Assembly (NCBI GenBank): GCA_021846165.1
Contig: JAJZCL010000001.1
Location: 1-52,123, forward strand
Reading direction: 5' to 3'
Length of the DNA: 52,123 bases
From: Bacillota bacterium
GTDB taxonomy: Bacteria; Bacillota; Bacilli; Alicyclobacillales; SLC66
Shown: positions 10,102 to 18,695 of the stretch, one piece after another
Position numbering within the stretch: position 1 is the stretch's first letter
Layout of the letters: each line of letters opens with the position of its first letter
The notes under the pieces: model-generated
What the model was told of the DNA's origin: nothing
Seen by the model: the letters and a program-made list of their open reading frames with translations, nothing else
The model's database searches: none
Translations under genes and position numbers: made by a program

Positions 10102-10652
10102 TGCGGATCGCTCTCCAGCTCTGTCAGCGCCTGTTGAAACTCAGCCCGGCTCACGCGCAACGCATTCAGGCGCTTTAGGAATGTTTTGGCATTGGCGTAA
10201 CCGATGCGCAGCGCTTCGCCAAGCCTTTCTCTGCGCACCGCCGCATCTCGAATCCCAATCAGCCCATACTCCGCCAAATCGCGTTCGGTAAACTCTGGCT
10301 GCACGTTTTCGACAACGCTCCGCACTTGCGATAGCGCCCGTTCAATCTCCGCCAAGGCTGCGTTTTCGACCCCGATGTCGCCATTTTTGTGCGCCGCGCG
10401 ACGCGGCAAATACGCGTGCTTGCTGTCGGGGAACCGTTTTGTCAAATGGCGCCGAATCTGTTCGCCAGCATAGTCGGGGTCGGTGAAGATGATCAGGCCA
10501 CGCGCCTTTGCTGCGCGTTCAAGACGCTGGTACACGTCCTGACGGATATGCGCACCGCCCGTGACGATCACGTCCGCCTGCACCGCTTTTTGCACACGGT
10601 CGCGATCGTGTTCGCCTTCGACGACAATCACTTCTTGGATTTGCACAGCCAA
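10098..10652 (-). CDS. rnmV: Ribonuclease M5 (Toprim)
   Basis: IQEVIVVEGEHDRDRVQKAV...IIFTDPDYAGEQIR is a Toprim domain. It overlaps rsmA by 4 nt, as usual for this pair. Confidence 0.9.
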   Translation of the reverse strand: MAVQIQEVIVVEGEHDRDRVQKAVQADVIVTGGAHIRQDVYQRLERAAKARGLIIFTDPDYAGEQIRRHLTKRFPDSKHAYLPRRAAHKNGDIGVENAALAEIERALSQVRSVVENVQPEFTERDLAEYGLIGIRDAAVRRERLGEALRIGYANAKTFLKRLNALRVSRAEFQQALTELESDPQ

Positions 10653-10653
10653 T

Positions 10654-11433
10654 TCACTCCTGCATCTGAAACACGCGCAAGGCGTTTTGATAAACGGCAG
10701 CAGCGACAGCGTCCGCCATTTCCGGGCGAATTTCGATCAACTTTGCGAGTACATGCCGCACATGCGCCGGCTCGTTGCGGCGTCCGCGATAAGGCTCCGG
10801 GGTCAAGTACGGCGCGTCCGTTTCGACGAGCAGTCGGTCAAGCGGCAGCGCCGTCGCCACCTTGCGCAGGCGCTCCGCGTTCTTAAACGTCAGCGGTCCG
10901 GAAAACGACAGATACAACCCCATTTTCAAGCAATCCGCCGCCATTTCCACACTGCCGGAAAAGCTGTGCATGATGCCGCCACGTAGCAACGGCGATGCCG
11001 AGCGCAAGTGCGCAAGCACGTCTGCGTGCGCCTCGCGGTCGTGGATCACAACCGGCAGACCCTTGCGTTTCGCTACCTCAAGCTGCGCGGCAAACACGCG
11101 CGCCTGCACGTCACGGGGTGAGTGATCGTAGTGGTAGTCAAGGCCAATCTCACCGATTGCGACGACCTTAGGCTCGTCCGCCCATGCCTCTAGGTCGGCC
11201 AGATCCTTGTCTGTCACGGATTTTGCGTCGTGCGGATGAACCCCGACCGCCGCATACACCTGCGTGTACTTCGCCGCGAGTTCCAGGGCGCGGCGCGACG
11301 ATTCTTGGTCGTACCCCGGAACCAGCATGCGCAGGACGCCCGCCTCAGATGCCCGCTTGATGATGTCGTCCGCTTCGCCGTACAGGTTCTCGTCGTTGAG
11401 GTGGGTGTGCGTATCAAAAATGGCGTACGTCAC
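10654..11433 (-). CDS. tatD: TatD-family metal-dependent DNase (YabD)
   Basis: AIFDTHTHLND...GEIGLDYHY...VIHDREAH...ETDAPYL. GTG at 11433 with a GAGGAG RBS. The track start at 11490 would overlap metG. Confidence 0.9.
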   Translation of the reverse strand: MTYAIFDTHTHLNDENLYGEADDIIKRASEAGVLRMLVPGYDQESSRRALELAAKYTQVYAAVGVHPHDAKSVTDKDLADLEAWADEPKVVAIGEIGLDYHYDHSPRDVQARVFAAQLEVAKRKGLPVVIHDREAHADVLAHLRSASPLLRGGIMHSFSGSVEMAADCLKMGLYLSFSGPLTFKNAERLRKVATALPLDRLLVETDAPYLTPEPYRGRRNEPAHVRHVLAKLIEIRPEMADAVAAAVYQNALRVFQMQE

Positions 11434-11443
11434 AGCAGTCTCC

Positions 11444-13429
11444 TCACTTGACCTTGGCGCCGACCGGGATGTCCCCAGATACCGTGGCAAGCACCAGTTG
11501 CGTATCCGTCGACGCCGCGAGGATCATGCCGTGGGACTCCACACCGCGCAGCTTGACGGGTTTCAGGTTGGCCACGAGGATCACCTTTTGCCCTATCAGT
11601 TGTTCCGGTGCGTAGTGCTTCGCAATTCCGCTGACCACCTGCCGCACCTCATCGCCAAGGCTGAGTTGCAGCTTCAGTAATTTGTCCGCTTTTGCGATTT
11701 TTTCCGCACTGACCACCTCGGCCACGCGCAGTTCCACTTTGGTAAAGTCGCCGATCTCAATCAGGGACACCACGCCTTCTGGTTGCGCTTGGGTTGCTTT
11801 GTCACCCGCTTTGTTCGCTTCCTTCGCGGGCGCAACCGATGCGTCGGGCAGCGCGAGTACGCCCAGCACGGCAAGCTCCTTTTCTACATCCAGACGCGGA
11901 AAAATCGGCTCTCCCGGCGCCGTGACCAAATTTGGCGGAAGCGTTCCAAAGACGCGCGCCGAGTCCCACGTCGTCGCCGCGCCAGACGCAAGACCCAGCT
12001 GCCGCCGCATCTCTGGCGCCGTTTTCGGCATGAACGGCTCCATCCAAACGCTAACGATGCGCAACACCTCAAACATCGTGTACAGCACCGTGTTCAGGCG
12101 TTCGCCTTCTCCAGCCTTGTGCAGCGCCCACGGCGCCGTTTCGTCGATGTAGCGATTGCCCCGCCGCACCAATTGCCAAATGGTTTCAAGCGCCTTGGAA
12201 AACTCCTTGCGCTCCATCGCCGCCTCTGTTTGGTCGGCGAGACTCACGATCCAATCCCTTAGTTCCGTTTCTAGTTCCGTCAGGTGCGCGGGTTCGGGAA
12301 TCACACCGCTTGCAAACTTTTTCAACATCGCGAGCGAACGGTGCAGCAGGTTGCCAAGGTCGTTCGCAAGATCGTAATTCAGCCGATCCATAAACGACTC
12401 ATAGGTGAATACGCCGTCTTGACCAAACGAGATCTCCCGCAACAGGAAGTAGCGCAGCGCATCGGAGCCGTAGCGGTCGATCAACTGATTCGGATCGATC
12501 ACGTTGCCCTTTGATTTTGACATTTTGCCGTCTTTCATCAGCAGCCAACCATGTCCCACCACCTGCTTGGGCAACGGCAAATCAAGCGCCATCAGCATGA
12601 TCGGCCAGTAAATCGAATGGAACCGAACGATCTCTTTTGACATCATGTGGACGTCCGCCGGCCAGTACTTCGCGAAGCGCGCCTCCAGTTCGGGGTCTCC
12701 CGACAGGTACCCGAGCGCGGTGATGTAATTGGAGAGCGCGTCCAGCCACACGTAGATCACATGCTTAGGGTTCTCACGCACCGGGATGCCCCAGTCGAAC
12801 GTCGTGCGCGACACGCACAAGTCCTCAAGCCCTGGCAACAGAAAGTTGTTCAGCATCTCATGCTTTCTCGATTCAGGCTCCAGAAACTCGGGGTGATCCT
12901 TGTAGTACTGCACCAGGCGATCCGCATACTTGCCCATTCGGAAAAAGTAGCCTTCTTCCTTCACCCACTCCACTTCGCCGCCGCACTCCGGGCAGTGTCC
13001 GTCCTTGAGTTGAATTTCCGTCCAGAACGACTCATCCGGTGTGCAGTACCAGCCTTCGTAGTGATCCAGGTAAATATCGCCTTGTTCGAGCAGTCGGCTG
13101 AACATCTTTTGCACCACCGTCGAGTGGCGCTCCTCCGTCGTGCGGATGAAGTCGTCATAAGAGATATCGAGCCGTTCCCACAGTTTTTTAATTCCTTCGA
13201 CAATCCCGTCGATATACGCAAGCGGCGTCATCCCTGCCGCTTCCGCCTTGCGTTGCAGCTTCTGACCGTGTTCGTCCGTCCCCGTCAAAAATCGCACATC
13301 ATAGCCGCGCAAGCGCTTGTAACGGGCAAGCGTATCGGCCACCGTCGTCGAGTAGGCATGACCGATGTGCAGCTTGTCATTCGGATAATAAATGGGAGTC
13401 GTAATGTAAAAAGTCGGTTTCGTCACCAT
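11444..13429 (-). CDS. metG: Methionyl-tRNA synthetase with C-terminal tRNA-binding (EMAP/Trbp111-like) domain
   Basis: FYITTPIYYPNDKLHIGHAYST (HIGH motif), KMSKSKGN (KMSKS motif), and a C-terminal FTKVELRVAEVVSAEKI...LKLQLSLG OB fold. ATG at 13429 has a GGAGG RBS. Confidence 0.95.
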   Translation of the reverse strand: MVTKPTFYITTPIYYPNDKLHIGHAYSTTVADTLARYKRLRGYDVRFLTGTDEHGQKLQRKAEAAGMTPLAYIDGIVEGIKKLWERLDISYDDFIRTTEERHSTVVQKMFSRLLEQGDIYLDHYEGWYCTPDESFWTEIQLKDGHCPECGGEVEWVKEEGYFFRMGKYADRLVQYYKDHPEFLEPESRKHEMLNNFLLPGLEDLCVSRTTFDWGIPVRENPKHVIYVWLDALSNYITALGYLSGDPELEARFAKYWPADVHMMSKEIVRFHSIYWPIMLMALDLPLPKQVVGHGWLLMKDGKMSKSKGNVIDPNQLIDRYGSDALRYFLLREISFGQDGVFTYESFMDRLNYDLANDLGNLLHRSLAMLKKFASGVIPEPAHLTELETELRDWIVSLADQTEAAMERKEFSKALETIWQLVRRGNRYIDETAPWALHKAGEGERLNTVLYTMFEVLRIVSVWMEPFMPKTAPEMRRQLGLASGAATTWDSARVFGTLPPNLVTAPGEPIFPRLDVEKELAVLGVLALPDASVAPAKEANKAGDKATQAQPEGVVSLIEIGDFTKVELRVAEVVSAEKIAKADKLLKLQLSLGDEVRQVVSGIAKHYAPEQLIGQKVILVANLKPVKLRGVESHGMILAASTDTQLVLATVSGDIPVGAKVK

Positions 13430-13450
13430 CGTACCTCCGTGCAGCATAAG

Positions 13451-13479
13451 AAAAAGCCTCGCCCGTACACCACGGCGAG
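13451..13479 (-). terminator. Terminator-like hairpin inside the short metG leader
   Basis: On the minus strand: CUCGCC-GUGGUGUACG-GGCGAG followed by GCUUUUUC. It ends about 12 nt before the metG RBS and lies downstream of the candidate metG promoter. Confidence 0.5.
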
Positions 13480-13509
13480 AACTTTTCCCCGCATTTTCCT
13501 TTAGCAAAC

Positions 13510-13538
13510 ATCGTAGCAAGAAAGGCAGACCGTGTCAA
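13510..13538 (-). promoter_or_regulatory. Candidate sigma-A promoter of metG
   Basis: On the minus strand: TTGACA (13538-13533), 17 nt, TACGAT (13515-13510). Confidence 0.55.
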
Positions 13539-13552
13539 TTTTCGATCCGGTG

Positions 13553-14071
13553 TCAATCCATCACATTCGTCGAGTTTGTCGTCACGCGACTTCCATACCA
13601 CGTCCTGTTCCCGGCTACACTAAAGTTGAATGCGTACTTATTCGACCAAGCGGTTTGCAGCATGATGATGAAGAAGACGATCGAACCGACCCACGGGATC
13701 AGATTCCACAACAACAGCCACGGACTTCTTCCATATCCGATCAAGAACTGCGCTAATTGAATAATTAAAAATATGGCAACAAACAAAAAATACAAGTACC
13801 CTAAAAACGGTATGATGCCCACAACCATCGCGGCAATCGCAAGAATAGGGAACAACGCCCACTTATCCCAATTTAAAGCTTTCGCGGTAACGAACGGCAT
13901 CCCGTAGGGAAGCCACGATACCCAAGCCCACTCGACGCCCGCCTTCTTGCCCAACCTCATGTAGGTCAGCCCGCCCAATACATACAAGGCGATGAATACA
14001 ATGATTGTGATTATCATAAAAACGCCTGTGAACAGAAAAAGAAAAGGATTGGGATGGCTTTGATAATACAT
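13553..14071 (-). CDS. Hypothetical polytopic membrane protein
   Basis: Four or five hydrophobic spans (FLFLFTGVFMIITIIVFIALYVLGG, ALFPILAIAAMVVGIIPFLGYLYFLFVAIFLII, and others). ATG at 14071 has a GAAGGGGGA RBS. I recognise no family. Confidence 0.6.
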   Translation of the reverse strand: MYYQSHPNPFLFLFTGVFMIITIIVFIALYVLGGLTYMRLGKKAGVEWAWVSWLPYGMPFVTAKALNWDKWALFPILAIAAMVVGIIPFLGYLYFLFVAIFLIIQLAQFLIGYGRSPWLLLWNLIPWVGSIVFFIIMLQTAWSNKYAFNFSVAGNRTWYGSRVTTNSTNVMD

Positions 14072-14178
14072 ACTAAATCCCCCTTCTATGATCATCTTCG
14101 AAATCAGTATAATTTATGAGTGTGATTGGAACAATAGTCAGTTTGACTAAGCCAGTCGTCAACTCATTTACACGTTCT

Positions 14179-14910
14179 TTAGCGAGTTTCTTTGCGTTTA
14201 AGAGGGATAGGGGCACGCTTAGGTCGGGGATAGAGCGCGTGCTGCAACTTCGTCAACGCCCGCGCCTCGATGCGCGACACATACGAGCGCGAGATCCCCA
14301 TCATTTCAGCGATCTGGTGTTGCGTCCATTCGACGCCGTCTTTCAGCCCGTAACGCAACACGATCACCATCTGCTCGCGATTGTCAAGACCGCGCAACAT
14401 GTGCCGCAATCGCTCCTCTTCGATTCGCTCGCCGACCAATTTCTCCAACTCGTCCGTCTCCGACCCCAAAACATCGCGTAAGGTTAAGTCATTGCCCTCC
14501 TTGTCCGTTCCAATCGATTCATCCATCGACACGTCACGCTTGGATTTTTTGCGTGAGCGCAAGTGCATGAGCATCTCGTTTTCAATGCAGCGCACAGCAT
14601 AGGTGGCAAACTTGGTTCCAGCATCCGAGCGGAAGCTCTTTACGGCCTTAATAAGGCCGATGGCACCTAGCGAGATCAGGTCGTCTTCGTCGACCCCTGA
14701 ATCCCTGTACTTTTTCGCGATATACGCCACCAGACGCATATTGTGCTCGATCAGTTTTTGATAGGCGACTTCGCTGCCTTGTTTGAGTCCCTCCAGACAA
14801 GCTTTTTCTTCCGCTTCATCAAGCGGTTTCGGAAACACCTGGTTTTTTACATAGGATGCAAGCACGGCAGTCTCGCGGGCATAGGTATATTGCGCTAGCC
14901 ATACGGACAA
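14179..14910 (-). CDS. sigK: Sporulation sigma factor, pro-sigma-K-like
   Basis: ASYVKNQVFPKPLDEAEE...LIEHNMRLVAYIAKKY...DLISLGAIGLIKAVKSF...ATYAVRCIENEMLMHLR...GISRSYVSRIE is collinear with B. subtilis SigK, including the YVKN.FP.PL pro-sequence junction. Uninterrupted, with no skin-like element. Confidence 0.8.
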   Translation of the reverse strand: MSVWLAQYTYARETAVLASYVKNQVFPKPLDEAEEKACLEGLKQGSEVAYQKLIEHNMRLVAYIAKKYRDSGVDEDDLISLGAIGLIKAVKSFRSDAGTKFATYAVRCIENEMLMHLRSRKKSKRDVSMDESIGTDKEGNDLTLRDVLGSETDELEKLVGERIEEERLRHMLRGLDNREQMVIVLRYGLKDGVEWTQHQIAEMMGISRSYVSRIEARALTKLQHALYPRPKRAPIPLKRKETR

Positions 14911-14953
14911 GCTCCTTCACTCCCGTCAGCAGTTTCAGACCATGCTATGCAAT

Positions 14954-14970
14954 TGTCGAACATTTCGTCA
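14954..14970. promoter_or_regulatory. Two candidate Spo0A (0A) boxes in the sigK-abrB intergenic region
   Basis: TGTCGAA at 14954-14960 on the plus strand, and TGACGAA on the minus strand (ttcgtca, 14964-14970). Both fit the TGNCGAA consensus. abrB is a classic Spo0A target. Confidence 0.4.
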
Positions 14971-15194
14971 CATATTTTAAAATAATAGCCTGACTTACAA
15001 ATTGCCTATTGCGAAACGCTTGCAAGAGTGGTAGACTTTCACTAGTTAATTTGTGGGTTAACCTTAACGAAATCTGCATAAGGTTGTGTCTGATGACTTT
15101 GGCAGATCACATGAAGGGGAACACAAGTTGCAGGCTCCACATGTTGTTCCTATTTGTTTCAAAAAACCTATCCATACGAGGAGGCATATGCTTC

Positions 15195-15443
15195 ATGATG
15201 AAATCCACTGGCATTGTCCGTAAAGTTGACGAACTAGGACGTGTCGTCATACCGATTGAATTACGCCGTACACTTGGTATCGGTGAAAAGGACGCCCTGG
15301 AAATTTACGTCGACGGAGACAGAATTGTGCTGAAAAAGTACGAGCCTGCCTGCATTTTCTGCGGACAAGCGGATCAAATCATTCACTTTAAGGGCAAAAA
15401 CATCTGCCCATCCTGCATCGAAGAGATGTCGCAAGCTCACTGA
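15195..15443 (+). CDS. abrB: Transition-state regulator AbrB
   Basis: MMKSTGIVRKVDELGRVVIPIELRRTLGIGEKDALEIYVDGDRIVLKKY is near-identical to the B. subtilis AbrB SpoVT/AbrB domain. GAGGAGG lies 10 nt upstream of the ATG at 15195. The track start at 15009 is an artefactual extension. Confidence 0.93.
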   Translation: MMKSTGIVRKVDELGRVVIPIELRRTLGIGEKDALEIYVDGDRIVLKKYEPACIFCGQADQIIHFKGKNICPSCIEEMSQAH

Positions 15444-15445
15444 CC

Positions 15446-16303
15446 CTATTGATCTTTAGCGTCCAACATCGCCCGATAGACAACCCGCCGCGACACGCGG
15501 CGGGTTTTTGCCGCTTCCTTCAACGCCTCTTTTTGTGACATTCCCTGTTCTATGTAATCATTTACCTGCTGTATGAGCGCCTCCGCATCAGGCTCGCATT
15601 CCCGATCTTCTGCCAGCTCTCTGGCACCCTCCACAACGATCACATACTCTCCGCGTTCTTGCGTCGCTTCGACAATTTTCTCGTACTCGTCAAGGTGACC
15701 GTTCACGTACATTTCGTGTAGCTTACTCAATTCTTTGACGACGACGATGCGTCGATCCCCAAGCTGACCGCGCATTTCTGCAAGCGTAGCACGCAGGCGA
15801 TGGGGCGCCTCGTAAAACACCAGTGTGCCAGGAAAATTCGCAATCCGTTCCCACTCGCGACGGCGTTCTTTTTTGCCGACAGGAAGGAACCCGACAAACA
15901 CGCTGCGCCTAACTGGCAGACCCGAACCGACTAACGCCGTGACGAACGCACTTGGCCCTGGCAATACCTCGACCCTGATCCCCGCCTCGTGCAGTTCACG
16001 AATCAGTTCCTCACCAGGATCGGACACTCCCGGCATGCCCGCATCCGACACAAGCGCGCCGCTGCGACCACCTTCCAGAAGTTTGCGCATTTTCTCTCCT
16101 GCCGTTTTGAGATTGTGGCGGTGATAGGAAAACACCTCAACCGGGTGAATGTCAAAATGAGTGAGCAACTTGCGCGTGTGGCGGGTATCTTCCGCCGCGA
16201 TAAAACTAGCCTCACGGAGAATCCGTAAGCCTCGCATTGTGATATCCTCCAAATTGCCGATCGGGGTCGGGACGACGAATAGCGTTCCTGGTTCTTCACT
16301 CAT
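15446..16303 (-). CDS. rsmI: 16S rRNA (cytidine1402-2'-O)-methyltransferase RsmI (YabC)
   Basis: [20 protein letters not shown]......[11 protein letters not shown] is the tetrapyrrole-methylase fold. ATG at 16303 overlaps the yabA stop (ATGA). Confidence 0.92.
   Translation of the reverse strand: MSEEPGTLFVVPTPIGNLEDITMRGLRILREASFIAAEDTRHTRKLLTHFDIHPVEVFSYHRHNLKTAGEKMRKLLEGGRSGALVSDAGMPGVSDPGEELIRELHEAGIRVEVLPGPSAFVTALVGSGLPVRRSVFVGFLPVGKKERRREWERIANFPGTLVFYEAPHRLRATLAEMRGQLGDRRIVVVKELSKLHEMYVNGHLDEYEKIVEATQERGEYVIVVEGARELAEDRECEPDAEALIQQVNDYIEQGMSQKEALKEAAKTRRVSRRVVYRAMLDAKDQ
15482..15510 (+). terminator. abrB intrinsic terminator, embedded in the 3' coding end of convergent rsmI
   Basis: AACCCGCCGCG-ACA-CGCGGCGGGUU followed by UUUUG on the plus strand, 39 nt after the abrB stop. 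Confidence 0.7.
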
Positions 16304-16623
16304 GTTCGTTGCAGGCTTTCCATACAGAATAAGCACTCACCTTTGCGCATGCTGCCATAGTTAATGTTACAAATGTGAAACCCATCGTCATACAGTGTAT
16401 GCAAGTACTTTTTCGCTTCACTTGGCGGCGCTTCATGACTGACGCCGAAGTCAACGCGATCACGCAAATTGGCGTTTTCCAATATTAAGTTCTGATTTTC
16501 TTCCAGCAAATCGCCAACCATTAGCCTTAATTCGCTGATTTCCTGGTAAAACATCCCTATCCTCTCCTGCAACTGCTCCATGCGATGGAAAAGTTCCTGC
16601 TTATCAATCAAGTCCATCACCAT
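16300..16623 (-). CDS. yabA: DNA replication initiation control protein YabA
   Basis: Coiled coil [48 protein letters not shown] plus a C-terminal Zn-binding module HICN....GECLFC. The start (16623 or 16617) is uncertain. Confidence 0.85.
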   Translation of the reverse strand: MVMDLIDKQELFHRMEQLQERIGMFYQEISELRLMVGDLLEENQNLILENANLRDRVDFGVSHEAPPSEAKKYLHTLYDDGFHICNINYGSMRKGECLFCMESLQRT

Positions 16624-17485
16624 CCGTTCCCCTGACAGCATCAAGCAAAAACACTTCCCAGGCTAATTGCGCGTTGACATGGCTTTGCATTTGCCGTTTT
16701 CGCCGGAACGCCGCCATAGCGAGCCGCGCATAGCGGTGAGCAACCCCGGACTCATGCGCCGTGGTGGCACGCTCGTGCAGGTGGCGAATGACCAAATCGG
16801 CAAACGCGAGGGATTGACTGGCGTTAAAACTCCACTTTGTCCACTTGTCCGCCACCAGTAACCACCCCTTGCGTTCGCTGCGAAACGCAGCTTCACCAAT
16901 GGTTCTGGCAAGGTCTAGCAATGCTTCGATTTTCTCGTCATCATCGAACTCGAACACGGAAAAATCCAGAAAACCGACGGCTGGAGTGGTGGTTTCGTGC
17001 TGAATGCGCAATAACAAGACACGCGAACGAAGCGTAGGGATCAGCGCAGCCGGGGACGAAGTCAGCAACAAAAAGAGGCGATTGACCAACGGTTCTTCCA
17101 CCCACCTCAGAATGGCATTGGCCGCTTCGATCGTCAGTTTGTGCGCGTCTGCCATCACGATCACATGCAAACGGTTCGCGCTTGCCATCAGGGCATCTGC
17201 CTTGATCGCTGATCTCATTTGCTGAATTTTAAGGCTGGCTCCATCAGGCGCCAACCACTCCACATCCGGATGACTGCCGCCCGCCAGTTGACGGCAAGAC
17301 TTGCACTCACCGCATGCTGCGTGATCCACAGGGTGTTCGCAATGCAGCAACGCCACTGCAGCGCGAGCAAACTCGTTGAGCGCCTTGGCATCGTCTGCCA
17401 TACACAAGTAAGCATGCGCTAGGCGGTTTTCCTGATGCCACCGATAGAGCCGCTGAATCCCTTCGCCTGCATCCATCGGCCTCAC
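16604..17485 (-). CDS. holB: DNA polymerase III delta-prime subunit
   Basis: NRLAHAYLC..., Zn module [10 protein letters not shown], and [26 protein letters not shown] (clamp-loader box). Positioned between yaaR and yabA. Confidence 0.88.
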   Translation of the reverse strand: MRPMDAGEGIQRLYRWHQENRLAHAYLCMADDAKALNEFARAAVALLHCEHPVDHAACGECKSCRQLAGGSHPDVEWLAPDGASLKIQQMRSAIKADALMASANRLHVIVMADAHKLTIEAANAILRWVEEPLVNRLFLLLTSSPAALIPTLRSRVLLLRIQHETTTPAVGFLDFSVFEFDDDEKIEALLDLARTIGEAAFRSERKGWLLVADKWTKWSFNASQSLAFADLVIRHLHERATTAHESGVAHRYARLAMAAFRRKRQMQSHVNAQLAWEVFLLDAVRGTDGDGLD

Positions 17486-17491
17486 CCCATT

Positions 17492-17941
17492 TCAAATTTG
17501 CAGGCTGATCAACAAGCCTTTTACCTCGCCCACGATTCGCAACATTTGCAAAGGTTCGTTTTGATCCGCAACCGCTATATTCAGCAAGTCAATCAAACGT
17601 TTGTCAATTTCCTGCACAACCGCGAACACCCGCTGTCTGCCCAAACGATCGGTCGAATACTTGGACGATACGCCGAAACTGCCCTTGACAAGAATCGCCA
17701 GGTACTGCTTCACCGCTTGACGGTATGCGTAAGCGGCGTCGAGCGACTGGGTGGAAACCAGCAGTTCGCCTTTCTGATTGACCTCTTGGAGCAAACGTTC
17801 TAGCGTCGCCCTTTGCTGTCCTCCTTCCGCCTCGTCAAGTAGCGAGCGAAACAGTTCCGAATCGCTGGCTCTCCCCGCATCCTCTTGGTGAGCAACCCGC
17901 TCTGGCCTCAGACCTTCTCCACCGAAGCGATTGATTTTCAC
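17492..17941 (-). CDS. yaaR: YaaR/DUF327 family protein
   Basis: VKINRFG...F...L...........L..LL.EV...G..L....S......Y...V..YL is the DUF327 pattern. GTG at 17941 has a GGAGGG RBS 7 nt upstream. Confidence 0.75.
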   Translation of the reverse strand: MKINRFGGEGLRPERVAHQEDAGRASDSELFRSLLDEAEGGQQRATLERLLQEVNQKGELLVSTQSLDAAYAYRQAVKQYLAILVKGSFGVSSKYSTDRLGRQRVFAVVQEIDKRLIDLLNIAVADQNEPLQMLRIVGEVKGLLISLQI

Positions 17942-18019
17942 TAACCGTCCCTCCGCGCCAACCAAAATGCCCATCATGATCAGCGGCCTTCATCCATGCG
18001 CACGTCAGACACCACACGA

Positions 18020-18682
18020 TCACAATCGTAATATGGCACGCCACATTTGTTCTGTTAGCTCCTCAGCGCATTCCGTTCCATCCAACCACACATAACGCTT
18101 GGGATCCTGCTCGAAAAGCGCGCACAATCCAGAGCGCACCCGCGCAAAAAAAGCGCTGCCCCGGCGTTCAATCCGATCCGCGCGCACCTGTGTTGCGCGG
18201 TCGCGTTCGGAGATTCTTTGCAGGGCAACCGCCACCTCAACATCAATGATCATGGTCAAATCAGGCAGATAATCCGCCACCGCAGGCTCGTTTACTTTTT
18301 TCACCAATTCAGGGTTCATTCCCCGCTCCTGCAACCCGTACCCCTGGTAGGCAACGCTGGCATCGACGAACCGATCACAAATGACGCTGACGCCTTGCGC
18401 TAGCGTGGGCGCAATGATCCGTCGTACATGCTCAGCTCGTGACGCCGCATAAAGGTACATCTCCGTCAGCGGTTCCATCTCCCTATCCGGACTCAGCAAC
18501 AACTCCCGAATCGCGTCGCCAATTGGCGTCCCACCCGGTTCCCGCGTTTTGACGCATGGCCGCCCAGCCGCCAAAAAACGCTGATACAGCCGTTCCACCT
18601 GCGTGCTTTTCCCGGCGCCGTCGATCCCTTCAATCGCGATAAAAACCGCTTTGTTCCCGCTTACTTCCTCCACCTTACCCAT
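18020..18682 (-). CDS. tmk: Thymidylate kinase
   Basis: FIAIEGIDGAGKSTQ (P-loop), REPGGTPIG, and DRF..S..AYQG. ATG at 18682 avoids overlap with the upstream gene. Confidence 0.93.
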   Translation of the reverse strand: MGKVEEVSGNKAVFIAIEGIDGAGKSTQVERLYQRFLAAGRPCVKTREPGGTPIGDAIRELLLSPDREMEPLTEMYLYAASRAEHVRRIIAPTLAQGVSVICDRFVDASVAYQGYGLQERGMNPELVKKVNEPAVADYLPDLTMIIDVEVAVALQRISERDRATQVRADRIERRGSAFFARVRSGLCALFEQDPKRYVWLDGTECAEELTEQMWRAILRL

Positions 18683-18695
18683 GCGTTCGCAGCCT

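Noticed and set aside
13430-13552. T-box riboswitch upstream of metG
   Set aside because: The whole intergenic region is only 123 nt and the leader only ~75 nt. I could find no T-box consensus or specifier-loop arrangement. I report it only as a terminator-like hairpin.
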